From Verrucomicrobiota bacterium (GTDB taxonomy: Bacteria; Verrucomicrobiota; Verrucomicrobiia; Limisphaerales; SIBE01): 64,000 nt of DNA. A program made the position numbers and the translations under genes. This document shows, in pieces, positions 40,701 through 48,860 of this stretch. The stretch's first letter is position 1; every line of letters begins with the position of its first letter. Under the pieces are notes generated by a model. That model was not told the origin of the DNA, did no database searches, and worked only from the letters and a program-made list of their open reading frames with translations. Where the stretch lies: assembly GCA_046346765.1 (NCBI GenBank), contig JAXMHN010000017.1:5437-69436 (forward strand). The letters run 5' to 3'.

Positions 40701-41350
40701 CCTTGCCGCCGCTCTCCTTTATCGGCGTCGGCACCAATGCCTTCATTCAGTTCATGGCCGACGGCGACGCCCAGGCGGGGGCAGATCATGTGAGCTTTTC
40801 CCTGAAGAAATCAGGCGAAAGCGTGGCCTTATTTGCGTCGGGCGGTGCTTTGCTGGACGGTGTTGCCTTTGCCAACCAGGCAGCAGGGATTTCCCAAGGC
40901 CGCCTCCCCGACGGCGCTTCCAACGTGGTTGCCTTTGTCGCTTCGGCCTCGCCCGGGGCGAGCAACTATCTTTCGGATTCGGACGGAGACGGGTTGGATG
41001 ATCGCTGGGAGATGACCTATTTCGGCAGCTTGAGCCATGATGGCCGCGCCGACAGTGATGGCGACGGCCTGACGGATCGCGAAGAGTTCGTTGCCGGGAC
41101 GAATCCTGCCGATGCCGGTAACGCTCTCCGGGTTGTGTCGGTGGGATGGATCGACGGCCTGGCATTGCAGTTCGATGCCGTCGCCGGCATTTCCTACACA
41201 GTCCAGTATCGCGACGCCATCGGATCGGAGGGGTGGCAGAAGCTGCAGGATGTCGCGCCCCGATCGGCGAGCGGTGTGGTCACGATTACCGACCTTCGCC
41301 CGCTGGGCGAGGAGCGCTTCTACCGCATCGTCATCCCCAGTCAGCCGTAG
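34781..41350 (+). CDS. giant secreted LTD x5 - CotH - beta-helix protein with calcium-binding (TSP3/dockerin-like) repeats
   Basis: 2189-aa intact ORF with a signal peptide. LTDs start at VVINEIMYHP.., VRINEVILGN.., LRINEWLADA.., VVLNELRATP.. and LRINEWMADP... CotH core: NIHVAFPKDQPWKGRAGLNLNTSYVASQHLGSAVFRSLGLPVAESRPVQVRVNG. Calcium-binding repeats: DSDGDGLDDRWE..DSDGDGLTDREE. The tail ends in ERFYRIVIPSQP. Confidence 0.9.
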   Translation: MPKSFFSRPLSQLLALCGLCGAAAVSRAQNVVINEIMYHPPGTNVLEQWIELSNRGPTEVNLGGWRLMKAVDFAFPSGLRLAAGGFLAVAANSEAFTNRYPGVVNFVAGWEGTLDYDGEEIQLQDAKGTIIDQVSYSSEGDWAVRRLSVPDRFKKQGWEWFAAHNGEGSSAELIEANLPNDNGQNWGASVEAGGTPGRANSLARDNVAPILVGPTHFPLVPRPGESVTVRARLVDEDPSALTVTLFWRLDGAAEFAAAPMLDDGQHGDGFGGDRLFACLLPGHAAKTIVEYYLVARDSQGNERRFPNVVPSGTDRTANLVYQVDEEVFVGPQPLIRLILTRAEMDYLSNEIWNGSPTSDALVNGTFINLDQILEDGSTSQCRDQCGIRNRGNGTRSNVPHNIHVAFPKDQPWKGRAGLNLNTSYVASQHLGSAVFRSLGLPVAESRPVQVRVNGINLAKPGQEQFGCYAANDLVNGALVQRQFPLDHAGQLYRGIRDRSGGTNLFVADLLWHGPDYTIYTNVYAKENRGSLNDWSDLIQLLDTLNHTPDADYAQAVERIVNVEEWMRYFAINTLIANQENGLSNGSGDDFSLYRGGRDRRFLLLPYDLDSLLGRGTRTESYRDGIWRMANLPVVNRFIRHPDFVPLYFKQLTELAGTALSPDRLNPLIDHLLSGYVDGATIANMKAFHSNQVAYVLSQFPHGLTVGSELVVSNGYPRTGIATVALSGTGDPVQTRGILVNGSPAAWVAWRGTWTNLVTLAPGINRVLVQAIDLTGAEIDRAYYDIWHDDGHTQLAPATISADASWKAADGPYQVASDLSIAPGASLTIEPGTSVYFGAGVNLTVSDGARLLAEGTDTAPILFTGPPGGAQHWGHVVIRGGAGSPETRLAYMHFADNESSSSTPCLQVTGGTVFLDHLTFGNPAAPYLHLDGASFVVQDCHFPSPTAEFEPVHGTEGIKAGGRGLFRRNFFGAPRGYNDAVDFTGGRRAAGSIVQFINNVFAGTGDDELDLDGTDAWVQGNLFLHAHQNGSPDTSSAISGGNNNGDASAITIIGNFFYDCDHAVTAKQGNFYALFHNTIVHQTHQGGLDVDGAVLNLADVGTTEGAGVYLEGNLIDDAEKLVRNWTTATITLSNNLITLPWTGAGGGNFTGDPLFRSRPTVAETYFTNWQTAQVLRQWFSLQPGSPALGGDRDGPQTGAGNPLGALISGGPDATTADTHAEWLVGPHHTGNGISPVAFPNGSGFTSYRWRLDQSDWSAVTPISSPVRLADLGPGPHQLAIVGQNDAGLFQDDAVLGSDQSTTVSRTWVVDPNQITSTRVTVRINEVILGNATPELIELYNDGAQPVDLTGIGLSDSAAAPRRFTFPSGTVLPAGAMVVLSADASSGPPYLHTGFQLNPTGADLYLTDSAARGSALLDVVQFGRQIAGYSIGRRADGTWGLCDPTPGRENIAQVTGARASLRINEWLADARFSGLDDFVELYNPEPLPVDLGRLFLSDAPGSLDRHAIAPLSFIAAQGFAEFVADGSPANGRNHLSFKLAPETGSITLSAADRTIIDSITYDTQRTDVSEGRSPNGSDSFAVSTQPTPASGNPGAKAPAPSTETLRVPLHPMDGPWRYNQQQNLDGLAWTAPSYDDSAWPVGRGLLGVEDCNCLPAPDLQTRLSLGRITYYFRTAFVVDTNLAGFDLNLNMVVDDGAIIHLNGAPILTNGVNRAAPAYATEASRNVSNARAESFVLRDIPVLTGTNILAVEVHQTASDSSDIVWGLALEATRTVTNLPPPALRPVVLNELRATPSAGPSGNEGAYIELFNGSTNQATLAEMSLSDDARFPRKWVFPPDASIPPGGYRVVYCDHRQPISSTNTGLTLPLNGAVVLLFDSPAAGGSLLDGIRYGLQPPRFSIGRVPDGTGAWALIRSSPGGTNDAVNLANADGLRINEWMADPVDGSDWFELYNSSSEPVALAGLSLTDDPSRPTDSPLPPLSFIGVGTNAFIQFMADGDAQAGADHVSFSLKKSGESVALFASGGALLDGVAFANQAAGISQGRLPDGASNVVAFVASASPGASNYLSDSDGDGLDDRWEMTYFGSLSHDGRADSDGDGLTDREEFVAGTNPADAGNALRVVSVGWIDGLALQFDAVAGISYTVQYRDAIGSEGWQKLQDVAPRSASGVVTITDLRPLGEERFYRIVIPSQP

Positions 41351-41354
41351 GCGA

Positions 41355-43148
41355 TCATGGCCTGACTGGAACCAGGGTCTTCTGGTCTGCTTGCAAGGCT
41401 TGGAGGAGGCGGTCGATCTGAGCCAGATCTATTCGCTTTTCCCGGTCGGATAGCTCCAGCCAAGGGCGCAGATCCGGATGGCGTTTGTGGGCGTCGTCCC
41501 GGACCGGATCGTGGACCCATCCATCCAAAAGACGCTCGGCGCACCAGCGGGCGTGTTCCATGCGGGCAAGCACTTCTTTCTGCTCCCGGCTGAGAGTCAG
41601 GGTGGTGGCGGCGCCGGGGCGCCACTCGCCGACTTCGTAACCGAGCGCGCGGGCTTTGACGGGCATGTGATCAACGGCTTGCCGGTTCGACTCCTTAAAG
41701 GCTTCGTCCAATTCCTCCCATGGCCTTTCCGAAGCGGCCACACCCAGCGATTTCCCGGCCGCCCGTTCGCTCGCCTGATGCGCCAAATACCCAGTGTGGA
41801 GCGCCCGCGCCAAGGTCTCGTTCTCAACCGTCGCCCGTCCGCATGCCTCTTCCAGCATGCCAAACGGCTTGACCGTGTCGTAGACGCTGCGGCCGGCCCG
41901 CCCCCGAAACATGACCGGGAAGCCCTCCGAGGCGGTCAGCGAGACAAGGACACGCACTTGGTGGCCGGCAAGCAGGTTTGCCAGGCTTAACGCGATGGCA
42001 ACGTTAAATGCATCCGCCCCATCCCGGCATACCGCGACTGTCGACAGATCACCAGCCGAGCCGAGCGCCAACTCCTGCAGGATCGGAGTGGTTGTCAGTT
42101 GATCGAACGCTCCCACGCGCAGCTCGACGGCGCAGACCTTGCCGAAGGCAGCATACTTCTTTTCGAACGCCCGCCACCGCACTTCCACGTCGGGATCGAC
42201 GACCGTGAGCCGAAGCTGGCATCCATTGGCGAAATGACCGATCCGCCCCGCCTGCAGGGCGAGTGCCTCCCCCATATGACCGAATCCGAAGATCACCAGG
42301 TGGCAGCGCCGTTGGCTGGCCGAGTCGATCGGGGCGTAGTCGAGCGGGCTGACTTCGAAAGCGTGCCTCGCTCCCACTTGATACAGATCGAGGCTGCGCG
42401 CATTCACCCCATAATGTTTGCCCGTCCCGGGAAAAGCATCGGGGGCTTTGAGGGCGCGGCGCAAGTCGGTATCGCGCAGGAAAGTCCAGCCTAGAAGGGT
42501 AGGACGAAGAACCGGCCGGGCGGAGGGCCTCAACCCAGTCCGGGCCTGGACCAACTGCCCGACCAAACTGAGAATGGCAACGTTGGCCTCGTCCTGCCCG
42601 CAGGCGGCAAAGACGTGACTGGCCCGCGTGACGCCCGCCATCCTTAGGACACCGGCATCCGAAGCGTTTCCGCTCACCACCGGAATGCCCCGGGACCAAG
42701 CCCATTCGACCGCGTCATTGGAGGCTTGTTGTTCAATCACGACCACGGATCGGCCGTCCGAGTCGAAACGCTTGGCCAAAGCGAGTCCGAGCCGGCCCAA
42801 GCCGCAAACGACGATGTGTCGTTTCCGGACCGGCACGAACAGGAGCTTCCATTGCCGGATGAAGACCAGGGTCAGGACTTTGGCCACCGTCATGAGGGAT
42901 GCGGCGGCCGCAAACCAACGGGCGGCGGTCAACCAGCCATTGATCGGAGGCGGCTCCGCGCGGGCCGAGAGCATGAACAACTTCAGGGTCGAGAAGGCCA
43001 AATCGCCCCAGGCGACTTTTCCTTTGGTGATCAGGTCGTCCTGATACAGCCCGACGATGCCGCAACTGGCTCCAAGCGCGGCCAGGAAGACGACGATCCA
43101 CCATTCCACGACCGACCGCCGGGTTGAAACTACAGCTATGGAGGCCAT
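41355..43148 (-). CDS. membrane protein with two TrkA-N/RCK-like Rossmann domains and a C-terminal RyR (ryanodine-receptor repeat) domain
   Basis: 597-aa ORF with ATG start. N-terminal hydrophobic helices. HIVVCGLGRLGLALAKRF..VVVIE and HLVIFGFGHMGEALA (GxGxxG). C-terminal LARMEHARWCAERLLDGWVHDPVRDDAHKRHPDLRPWLELSDREKRIDL matches the RyR-domain consensus as I recall it. Confidence 0.75.
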   Translation of the reverse strand: MASIAVVSTRRSVVEWWIVVFLAALGASCGIVGLYQDDLITKGKVAWGDLAFSTLKLFMLSARAEPPPINGWLTAARWFAAAASLMTVAKVLTLVFIRQWKLLFVPVRKRHIVVCGLGRLGLALAKRFDSDGRSVVVIEQQASNDAVEWAWSRGIPVVSGNASDAGVLRMAGVTRASHVFAACGQDEANVAILSLVGQLVQARTGLRPSARPVLRPTLLGWTFLRDTDLRRALKAPDAFPGTGKHYGVNARSLDLYQVGARHAFEVSPLDYAPIDSASQRRCHLVIFGFGHMGEALALQAGRIGHFANGCQLRLTVVDPDVEVRWRAFEKKYAAFGKVCAVELRVGAFDQLTTTPILQELALGSAGDLSTVAVCRDGADAFNVAIALSLANLLAGHQVRVLVSLTASEGFPVMFRGRAGRSVYDTVKPFGMLEEACGRATVENETLARALHTGYLAHQASERAAGKSLGVAASERPWEELDEAFKESNRQAVDHMPVKARALGYEVGEWRPGAATTLTLSREQKEVLARMEHARWCAERLLDGWVHDPVRDDAHKRHPDLRPWLELSDREKRIDLAQIDRLLQALQADQKTLVPVRP

Positions 43149-43305
43149 GCCGTTGGTGTCGCTTGCTTCATCGTCTCATCCCACGGGGCGCGTCCCGCCC
43201 TCAAAGTCGCGCGAGCATAATGGACAATGCCCCCTTCAGCCAGCTCCATTCCATTCCGCCCTCCCTGGCCTTGGCTTGCACCGGTTCCCAGGGCACGCTT
43301 GATTG

Positions 43306-43644
43306 ATGCCCATGCATCGGCTTCTGCTCTCAATCGCCCTCCTTCTCTCCGTGGCCGGCTGTGGGAAACGATCATCGCCAGCTGGCGGTGGACCTGTCCC
43401 GAGCACAGCTGCGACAAACGCCGCCGCCGACGAAGACTCCAATGCCTTGGACCCTGGACAAGTGGACCGCCTGTTGCAGGAGCTCACCCAAGCCGTCCGG
43501 AAGTATAGCGTCGAGCAGCAGCGCGTCCCGAAAGGCCTGGACGAAGTTGCAGCCCGTGGTTATCTCGCGCGCGTCCCCGAGGCGCCTCCCGGGAAGCGTT
43601 TTGCCATCCATCGCAATCTGCAGGTTTATCTGGAAGCACGCTAG
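43306..43644 (+). CDS. small lipoprotein, hypothetical
   Basis: ATG at 43306 (the listed 43303 is TTG). [19 protein letters not shown] lipobox. Confidence 0.6.
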   Translation: MPMHRLLLSIALLLSVAGCGKRSSPAGGGPVPSTAATNAAADEDSNALDPGQVDRLLQELTQAVRKYSVEQQRVPKGLDEVAARGYLARVPEAPPGKRFAIHRNLQVYLEAR

Positions 43645-43766
43645 AAACCTGTCCGAGCGTTGATCCGGATGGAACTTGTCGCACCCCTCGCGCCGCGGCT
43701 GGACTGGCAAACCCCCTTGTGTTGCCACACGCTTCGGTGTATCTCAACATCATACCATCAGCCGCC

Positions 43767-44714
43767 ATGAACCCTGCACGCCACGTCGCCCCTGTTTCTC
43801 AGCCGGATCGCGCGCGGCTGCTTCGCTGGGTTGGCGGCGTCGCGCGGGCATTTACTCTGATCGAATTGCTGGTGGTCATCGCGATCATCGGCATTCTAGC
43901 GAGCTTGCTTTTGCCGGCGCTTGCGAGCGCGAAGGCGCGCGCTCAACGGATCAAATGCACCGCCCAGATGAAGCAGCTGGGCTTGGGCTTCGCCCTATTC
44001 GCCACCGATCACAGCGACCAGTATCCGCCGACGGCGTTTTCAACCGGCGACTATCAGTATCAACTGTCTTGGGACGACTATATTCACCGTTATATCGGGG
44101 GAAGCGACCCGGAAGCCGATCTCATTCTGGGTATATCCGGCGCCATTGCCGATCCCAATCTCATTCCGAAGATTCTAAAATGTCCGGCCGACCGCATTGA
44201 GATCGGGATTGACTACGCTCCCTACAGCAAGCGCCGCACTTACGCCATGAACTGGGCTGGTCCCGGATTTCAATTGACTTCGCGGACGGCCCCGTTGCCG
44301 CCGGCCAAATACGGTGTCGGGATTTACTACAATCTGCGATCTGCCTCCGCGGGCGCCTTGCCTGATTGGGACCCGCCCGGCTACAAGGAAACGGTGGTGG
44401 AAGATCCGTCCGGGACTATTTTGCTGGCGGAGTTGCCGAACGGACGAAATGCCGCTGGCAATGACTGGCCCTCGTTTTGCGCCGGCCCGGGTTCGTCGTT
44501 TCCGAGTGGCCTGAATCAGGATTGCGTTCAGATTAGTGCATCGACCTCCTTTAACCGGATAGCCTACGGTGCGATGGCTTATGGGCTGCATGGCCGGCGT
44601 TTCAATTACTTGTTTCACGACGCGCACGTCGGCATCCACAAGACCACCGACACCGTGGGAAGGGGGACGACCAACGCCCCTCTGGGAATGTGGACGATGA
44701 CTGCCGGCGACTAA
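43767..44714 (+). CDS. prepilin-type N-terminal cleavage/methylation domain protein (DUF1559 / H-X9-DG type), second copy
   Basis: ATG at 43767. [39 protein letters not shown]-terminal [10 protein letters not shown]. Confidence 0.85.
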   Translation: MNPARHVAPVSQPDRARLLRWVGGVARAFTLIELLVVIAIIGILASLLLPALASAKARAQRIKCTAQMKQLGLGFALFATDHSDQYPPTAFSTGDYQYQLSWDDYIHRYIGGSDPEADLILGISGAIADPNLIPKILKCPADRIEIGIDYAPYSKRRTYAMNWAGPGFQLTSRTAPLPPAKYGVGIYYNLRSASAGALPDWDPPGYKETVVEDPSGTILLAELPNGRNAAGNDWPSFCAGPGSSFPSGLNQDCVQISASTSFNRIAYGAMAYGLHGRRFNYLFHDAHVGIHKTTDTVGRGTTNAPLGMWTMTAGD

Positions 44715-44727
44715 CCGCGTCCCAGCC

Positions 44728-45585
44728 TCACGGCGTCATGTGCTGGCGCAACCACCCTGGCCGGTTCGTTGTGATCCCGTCCACACCCGCTTCCGCCTCC
44801 GCCCGCGCCACGGCCGGATCGTCCACCGTCCAGGTGCACAGCTTCAGCCCGGCGGCGTGCACTTTCTGAACGAAGTCTCGGTCGATCGGAAACTGCCAGT
44901 GCAAATCCAGGCCGTCGAGATGGGCTTCTTTGGCCTTGCGAATCAGATCCTCGATCGCCGGATATTGATCAGTGCGCTTGTCTTTGGTCCAGCTGTGCAG
45001 CCAATACACTTCATGATCGGGAAAACGAGCTTTGGCATTCCGCGCCACTTCGTCATCGAACGTTATGATGGGCGTTTGCCGGGCCGCCAGTTTCGAACCG
45101 GCCAACGCGTCGGCCAAGGCGGGCAGGATCTCGCTGCGGCACTTGATCTCGATGAAGAGGCGTTTCGTTTCCGGCACGAGGCTAAGCACCTCGGCCAAGG
45201 TGGGTGCCTTCTCGTCAAATCCTCGGCCGTGCCATTGCTCGAAGTCGCCGACATTCAGCTCCCGGACTTGCGCCAGGGTCTGCCCCGCGATCGTGCCGTC
45301 GCGCCGGCCGGTGCGTTGGGTGGTGGCGTCATGCATCACTACGATCCGACCATCCTGCGTCAGGTGAATATCCAATTCGGCTGCGTCAGCTTTCTGCTCA
45401 TACGCGAGCCGAAAGGCCGTCAGAGTGTTCTCCGGGGCATCGGCCGAAGCGCCGCGGTGGCCGACGATTTCCGGCGCCGGAGCGGCCGCCAGCATGTTCG
45501 AAAGGGCCACAGCCAAGCTCACTTGGAAGGTGAGGGCCATCGAGCCCAGGACGACTCGGCGGGCGGCGGCGGATAGCGCGTGCAT
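44728..45585 (-). CDS. glycerophosphodiester phosphodiesterase (GDPD family), secreted
   Basis: IVGHRGASADAPENTLTAFRLAYEQKADAAELDIHLTQDGRIVVMHD is the canonical GDPD N-terminal motif. Signal peptide present. ATG at 45585 (the listed 45591 is TTG). Confidence 0.85.
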   Translation of the reverse strand: MHALSAAARRVVLGSMALTFQVSLAVALSNMLAAAPAPEIVGHRGASADAPENTLTAFRLAYEQKADAAELDIHLTQDGRIVVMHDATTQRTGRRDGTIAGQTLAQVRELNVGDFEQWHGRGFDEKAPTLAEVLSLVPETKRLFIEIKCRSEILPALADALAGSKLAARQTPIITFDDEVARNAKARFPDHEVYWLHSWTKDKRTDQYPAIEDLIRKAKEAHLDGLDLHWQFPIDRDFVQKVHAAGLKLCTWTVDDPAVARAEAEAGVDGITTNRPGWLRQHMTP

Positions 45586-45606
45586 AGGCAAGGGGCATTA
45601 CCCTAG

Positions 45607-47457
45607 ATGCCGCCGGTGCCGCAAGCAAGTTCGGACGACAGGATCACACGCTCTGAGGCGCCGTCCGGCCAGGGAACGCCGGAACTCTTGCCACCAACAA
45701 CTCGCCGCGGTTACTTTCCGGTTGTGGCAACCGACCTGACCGATTTAGAGCGGCGGTATGAGCGATTGACTCTCCTCTACCAGGTCAGCAATGTCATCCA
45801 TTCGACGCTCGACGCCAAACAGGCCCTGGAACTGATCTTGCGCGAGGCCGTCCGCTTGATGCGCGCCTCCAGCGGCTCGGTCGCCTTGCTCAATCCCACC
45901 TCCGGATTCCTCGATATCGAAGCCGCCCACGGTTTGCCGGAGAATGCGGCCGGGTTGAAGCTGAGGATGGGCGAAGGCATTACCGGCTGGGTCGCGCGCG
46001 AAGGCAAGCCAGCCCGGGTCGGCGAGGTGGCGGCTGACCCTCGCTACATCATGATTCGGCCGAATATTCGTTCTGAACTGGCGGTGCCGCTGGAGGTAAA
46101 CGGCGAGATCCGCGGCGTCCTGAATGTGGATTCCGACCGGTCGAATGCCTTCAGCCTGGAGGACGAGCAGTTGCTGCAGGACTTGGCCTTGCAGGCAGCC
46201 AAAGTCATCCACAATACCTGGCTGTATGAACAGGTGCGGCTCAAAGCGCGCCTCTTCGAGTCCCTGATTAGCGTTGGTCAAACCATCAATTCCACCCTGA
46301 CTTTGGACGACGCTTTGACAGTGATCACCCGCGAAGCGTGCGTTCTGATGGAGGCGAAAATGGCTTCGCTCCTGATGCTGGATGAAACCCAGGAATGGCT
46401 CGATTTGCGCGCCAGTTATGGCGCCGGACCAGCTTACATGAACAAGCCTCGGTTGAGCCTGGCGGAAAGCTTGCTCGGCGTCGTCGTGCGCCGAAAGAAG
46501 CCACTGCAGGTCGAGAACGTCCAGGTATCAAACCGTTATCAGCATATCGAAATCGCGCGCCGCGAAGGCCTGGTCAGCCTCCTGAGTGTTCCCTTGGTCT
46601 TCCGCGGCCAGGCGACCGGCACCCTCAGCGTCTATACCGACGAACTGCACAGCTTCTCCAACGAGGAAATCCGCATTCTCACAGCCCTCGCGGACCTTTC
46701 CGCGGTTGCGATGGAGAAGGCGCGTCTCTATGAGCGCATCGTTGGTTTGGAAGAGGAGCTGCGCCAAAGCGAGAAGCTTTCGGTAGTCGGGTTGCTGGCG
46801 GCCGAGGTCGCCCACGAGATCCGCAACCCGCTCACGGTCATGAAGATGCTCTACCATTCGCTCCATCTCACTTTCCCGGGTGAAGATCCGCGTTCCAAGG
46901 ATGTCGAGATCATCGGCCAGAAAATGGATCATCTCAACAAAATCGTCGAAACCGTCCTCGACCTGGCCCGGAGCAATGAACCCCATCTCGCCCCGGTGAA
47001 CGTAAATGAGTTGATCGACGATCTGGGCCTCCTCACCCGCCACAAGCTCAGAAACCAGAATGTCGAACTGGTCCGCAAACTCGATCCCAAGCTGCCGACA
47101 GTCTTGGCCGATGCCACCCAGTTGGAGCAGGTCTTCCTCAACCTCACGCTCAATGCTTTGGAAGCAATGCCGCGCGGCGGCCAACTGACCGTCACTTCCC
47201 GCTGCGACTCGCTCGCCAGCAAGACTAGAGCCCGCCATATCCTCATCGAGTTCAAAGACACCGGCGACGGCATGACTCCCGAGCAGCAAAAACGCGCTTT
47301 TACCTCCCTCCTCAGCACCACCAAACAGAAAGGCACCGGCCTGGGACTGGCCATCGTCTCGAAAATCGTGGAGGCGCACCACGGTGAAATCGAAGTCAAA
47401 TCACGCTTGGGCAGCGGCACCAATATCATTCTCCGGCTGCCGCTCGCGGCGAGTTAG
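45607..47457 (+). CDS. cytoplasmic GAF-GAF sensor histidine kinase
   Basis: Two GAF-like regions. H-box VVGLLAAEVAHEIRNPLT. HATPase N/G boxes: LNLTLNALEAM, DTGDGM, GTGLGLAIV. The start is uncertain because 45607 lies only about 20 bp from the divergent GDPD start. Confidence 0.85.
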   Translation: MPPVPQASSDDRITRSEAPSGQGTPELLPPTTRRGYFPVVATDLTDLERRYERLTLLYQVSNVIHSTLDAKQALELILREAVRLMRASSGSVALLNPTSGFLDIEAAHGLPENAAGLKLRMGEGITGWVAREGKPARVGEVAADPRYIMIRPNIRSELAVPLEVNGEIRGVLNVDSDRSNAFSLEDEQLLQDLALQAAKVIHNTWLYEQVRLKARLFESLISVGQTINSTLTLDDALTVITREACVLMEAKMASLLMLDETQEWLDLRASYGAGPAYMNKPRLSLAESLLGVVVRRKKPLQVENVQVSNRYQHIEIARREGLVSLLSVPLVFRGQATGTLSVYTDELHSFSNEEIRILTALADLSAVAMEKARLYERIVGLEEELRQSEKLSVVGLLAAEVAHEIRNPLTVMKMLYHSLHLTFPGEDPRSKDVEIIGQKMDHLNKIVETVLDLARSNEPHLAPVNVNELIDDLGLLTRHKLRNQNVELVRKLDPKLPTVLADATQLEQVFLNLTLNALEAMPRGGQLTVTSRCDSLASKTRARHILIEFKDTGDGMTPEQQKRAFTSLLSTTKQKGTGLGLAIVSKIVEAHHGEIEVKSRLGSGTNIILRLPLAAS

Positions 47458-47520
47458 GCCAAGCGCGACCAGGATTTCGCGCCGCCATGGGCAGGAGACG
47501 GCCATCGATCGGCCCCGCTC

Positions 47521-48426
47521 CTATTTACCTCGCCGCAATTCCTCCAACTCCTCAACGGTTTTAGGCCAGTCCTTCTTCAGCAGGAGGGACAGCGACCGAT
47601 CTGCCAGGAGCTTCCCTTTTGTTTGGCAGCCGGGACAGTAGTTGGTCTCGTTCTCCGCATACCGAATCCGTTGGACCTTGGTGCCGCAGACTGGACACGG
47701 CTTCCCAAACTTGCCGTGGACCGCCATTTCGGGGCGGAAGGCAGTGACTCCTTCCGGGAACGTGTCACCCGCTTCCCGCCGCAGCAAATCGATCCAGAAG
47801 CCTAAGGTGCTCCGGACCGCTTCGAACAAGACGTTCACGGATGCGGCCGAAAGGCTTTGGGTCAGCGCTACCGGCGACAGGCGAGCTCGATGCAGGATCT
47901 CATCTGAGTAAGCGTTGCCGATGCCGCTGAAAAGCCGTGGGTCGGTCAGAGCCCGCTTCAGGGTGTGATTGCGAGAAGCCAGCACCTCGCCGAACTGTGC
48001 GTTGGAACAGGTCAGTCCGTCGACGCCGCCAGGGTCGATCGATTGCAGGCCAGCCTCCCCCTCAGTCACAAGAAGGGAAGCGCGCCGTTTGGTGCCCGCT
48101 TCCGTCAGGACCAACGTCCCGTTGGAGAACTCAAAAGCGGCAATGCCTTTGCGCGGCTTGGTGGTGCCGGCGTCCGTCCCGTGCCAGTGGAGCCGGCCGG
48201 CAATCATCAGATGCAGCACCATCCATAAGTCGCCTTCAAAGCCAATGGCGATGCGTTTGCCGACCCGTCGCAGGTTCGTCACTTTCCGGCCAACCAGGGC
48301 AGCCACCGGGGGGGTAACCGACCGGAGCAGAAAAGGATTGGCGAGGCGCACCTGCGCAAGCGACCGTTCGAGAATGCGTCGCTGGAGGGCCTCGATGTAG
48401 ATGGTGATGTCCGGCAGTTCCGGCAT
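47521..48426 (-). CDS. Fpg/Nei-family DNA glycosylase / AP lyase
   Basis: ATG at 48426 gives the N-terminal MPELPD catalytic motif. H2TH region. C-terminal zinc finger [26 protein letters not shown]. Confidence 0.85.
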   Translation of the reverse strand: MPELPDITIYIEALQRRILERSLAQVRLANPFLLRSVTPPVAALVGRKVTNLRRVGKRIAIGFEGDLWMVLHLMIAGRLHWHGTDAGTTKPRKGIAAFEFSNGTLVLTEAGTKRRASLLVTEGEAGLQSIDPGGVDGLTCSNAQFGEVLASRNHTLKRALTDPRLFSGIGNAYSDEILHRARLSPVALTQSLSAASVNVLFEAVRSTLGFWIDLLRREAGDTFPEGVTAFRPEMAVHGKFGKPCPVCGTKVQRIRYAENETNYCPGCQTKGKLLADRSLSLLLKKDWPKTVEELEELRRGK

Positions 48427-48712
48427 GCTTCGCCCGAGCTCCGTTTGGCTAATCGGACAGGCCGGTGGCCGGACTGTCTGATTCGAACAGTTACACCCCA
48501 AGGCGCCGGCATGTCCAGCAATCAGACGCGGCCTGACGGCCTGGTTTAGGTATCCAGTTCATCGTTAAAGCGTTGAGTTTTTGGCCCTTCCTGGCCAATG
48601 TCTGCCATCGTAACACAATCGTGAACATGGCTGGAACCAGCCGCCGATGGATCACCAGGGGAAAAAAGATGGTGCGGGTTTCGCCGCGATTTCTACCGAA
48701 TGCCCCTTTGAT

Positions 48713-48793
48713 ACGGAGATGACACGGGTTTGACACGGAGATACACGGGTCGCACCCGAGTATGGTCGGAGTGAAGTCCGGGTAATCTCCGTG
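48713..48793 (+). promoter_or_regulatory. reiterated CACGG-containing repeats / possible structured leader upstream of cstA
   Basis: Direct repeats ACGGAGATGACACGGGT and ACGGAGATACACGGGT, plus an inverted copy ATCTCCGTG at 48785-48793 that can pair with CACGGAGAT at about 48734-48742. The pairing encloses two small hairpins (CGGGT/ACCCG, CGGA/TCCG). TATAAT at 48844-48849. Confidence 0.3.
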
Positions 48794-48860
48794 GGAAACC
48801 GGCCCTTCATTGAAAAAAGCTAGGTCGGCTTTAGGCGCAGCGGTATAATCGGGACGCCCT

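Noticed and set aside
41355-45585. Defence island or mobile-element interpretation of the RyR-domain gene neighbourhood
   Set aside because: The neighbours are a lipoprotein, a pilin-like protein and a GDPD enzyme. There are no nucleases, ATPases, toxins, integrases or flanking repeats to support that reading.
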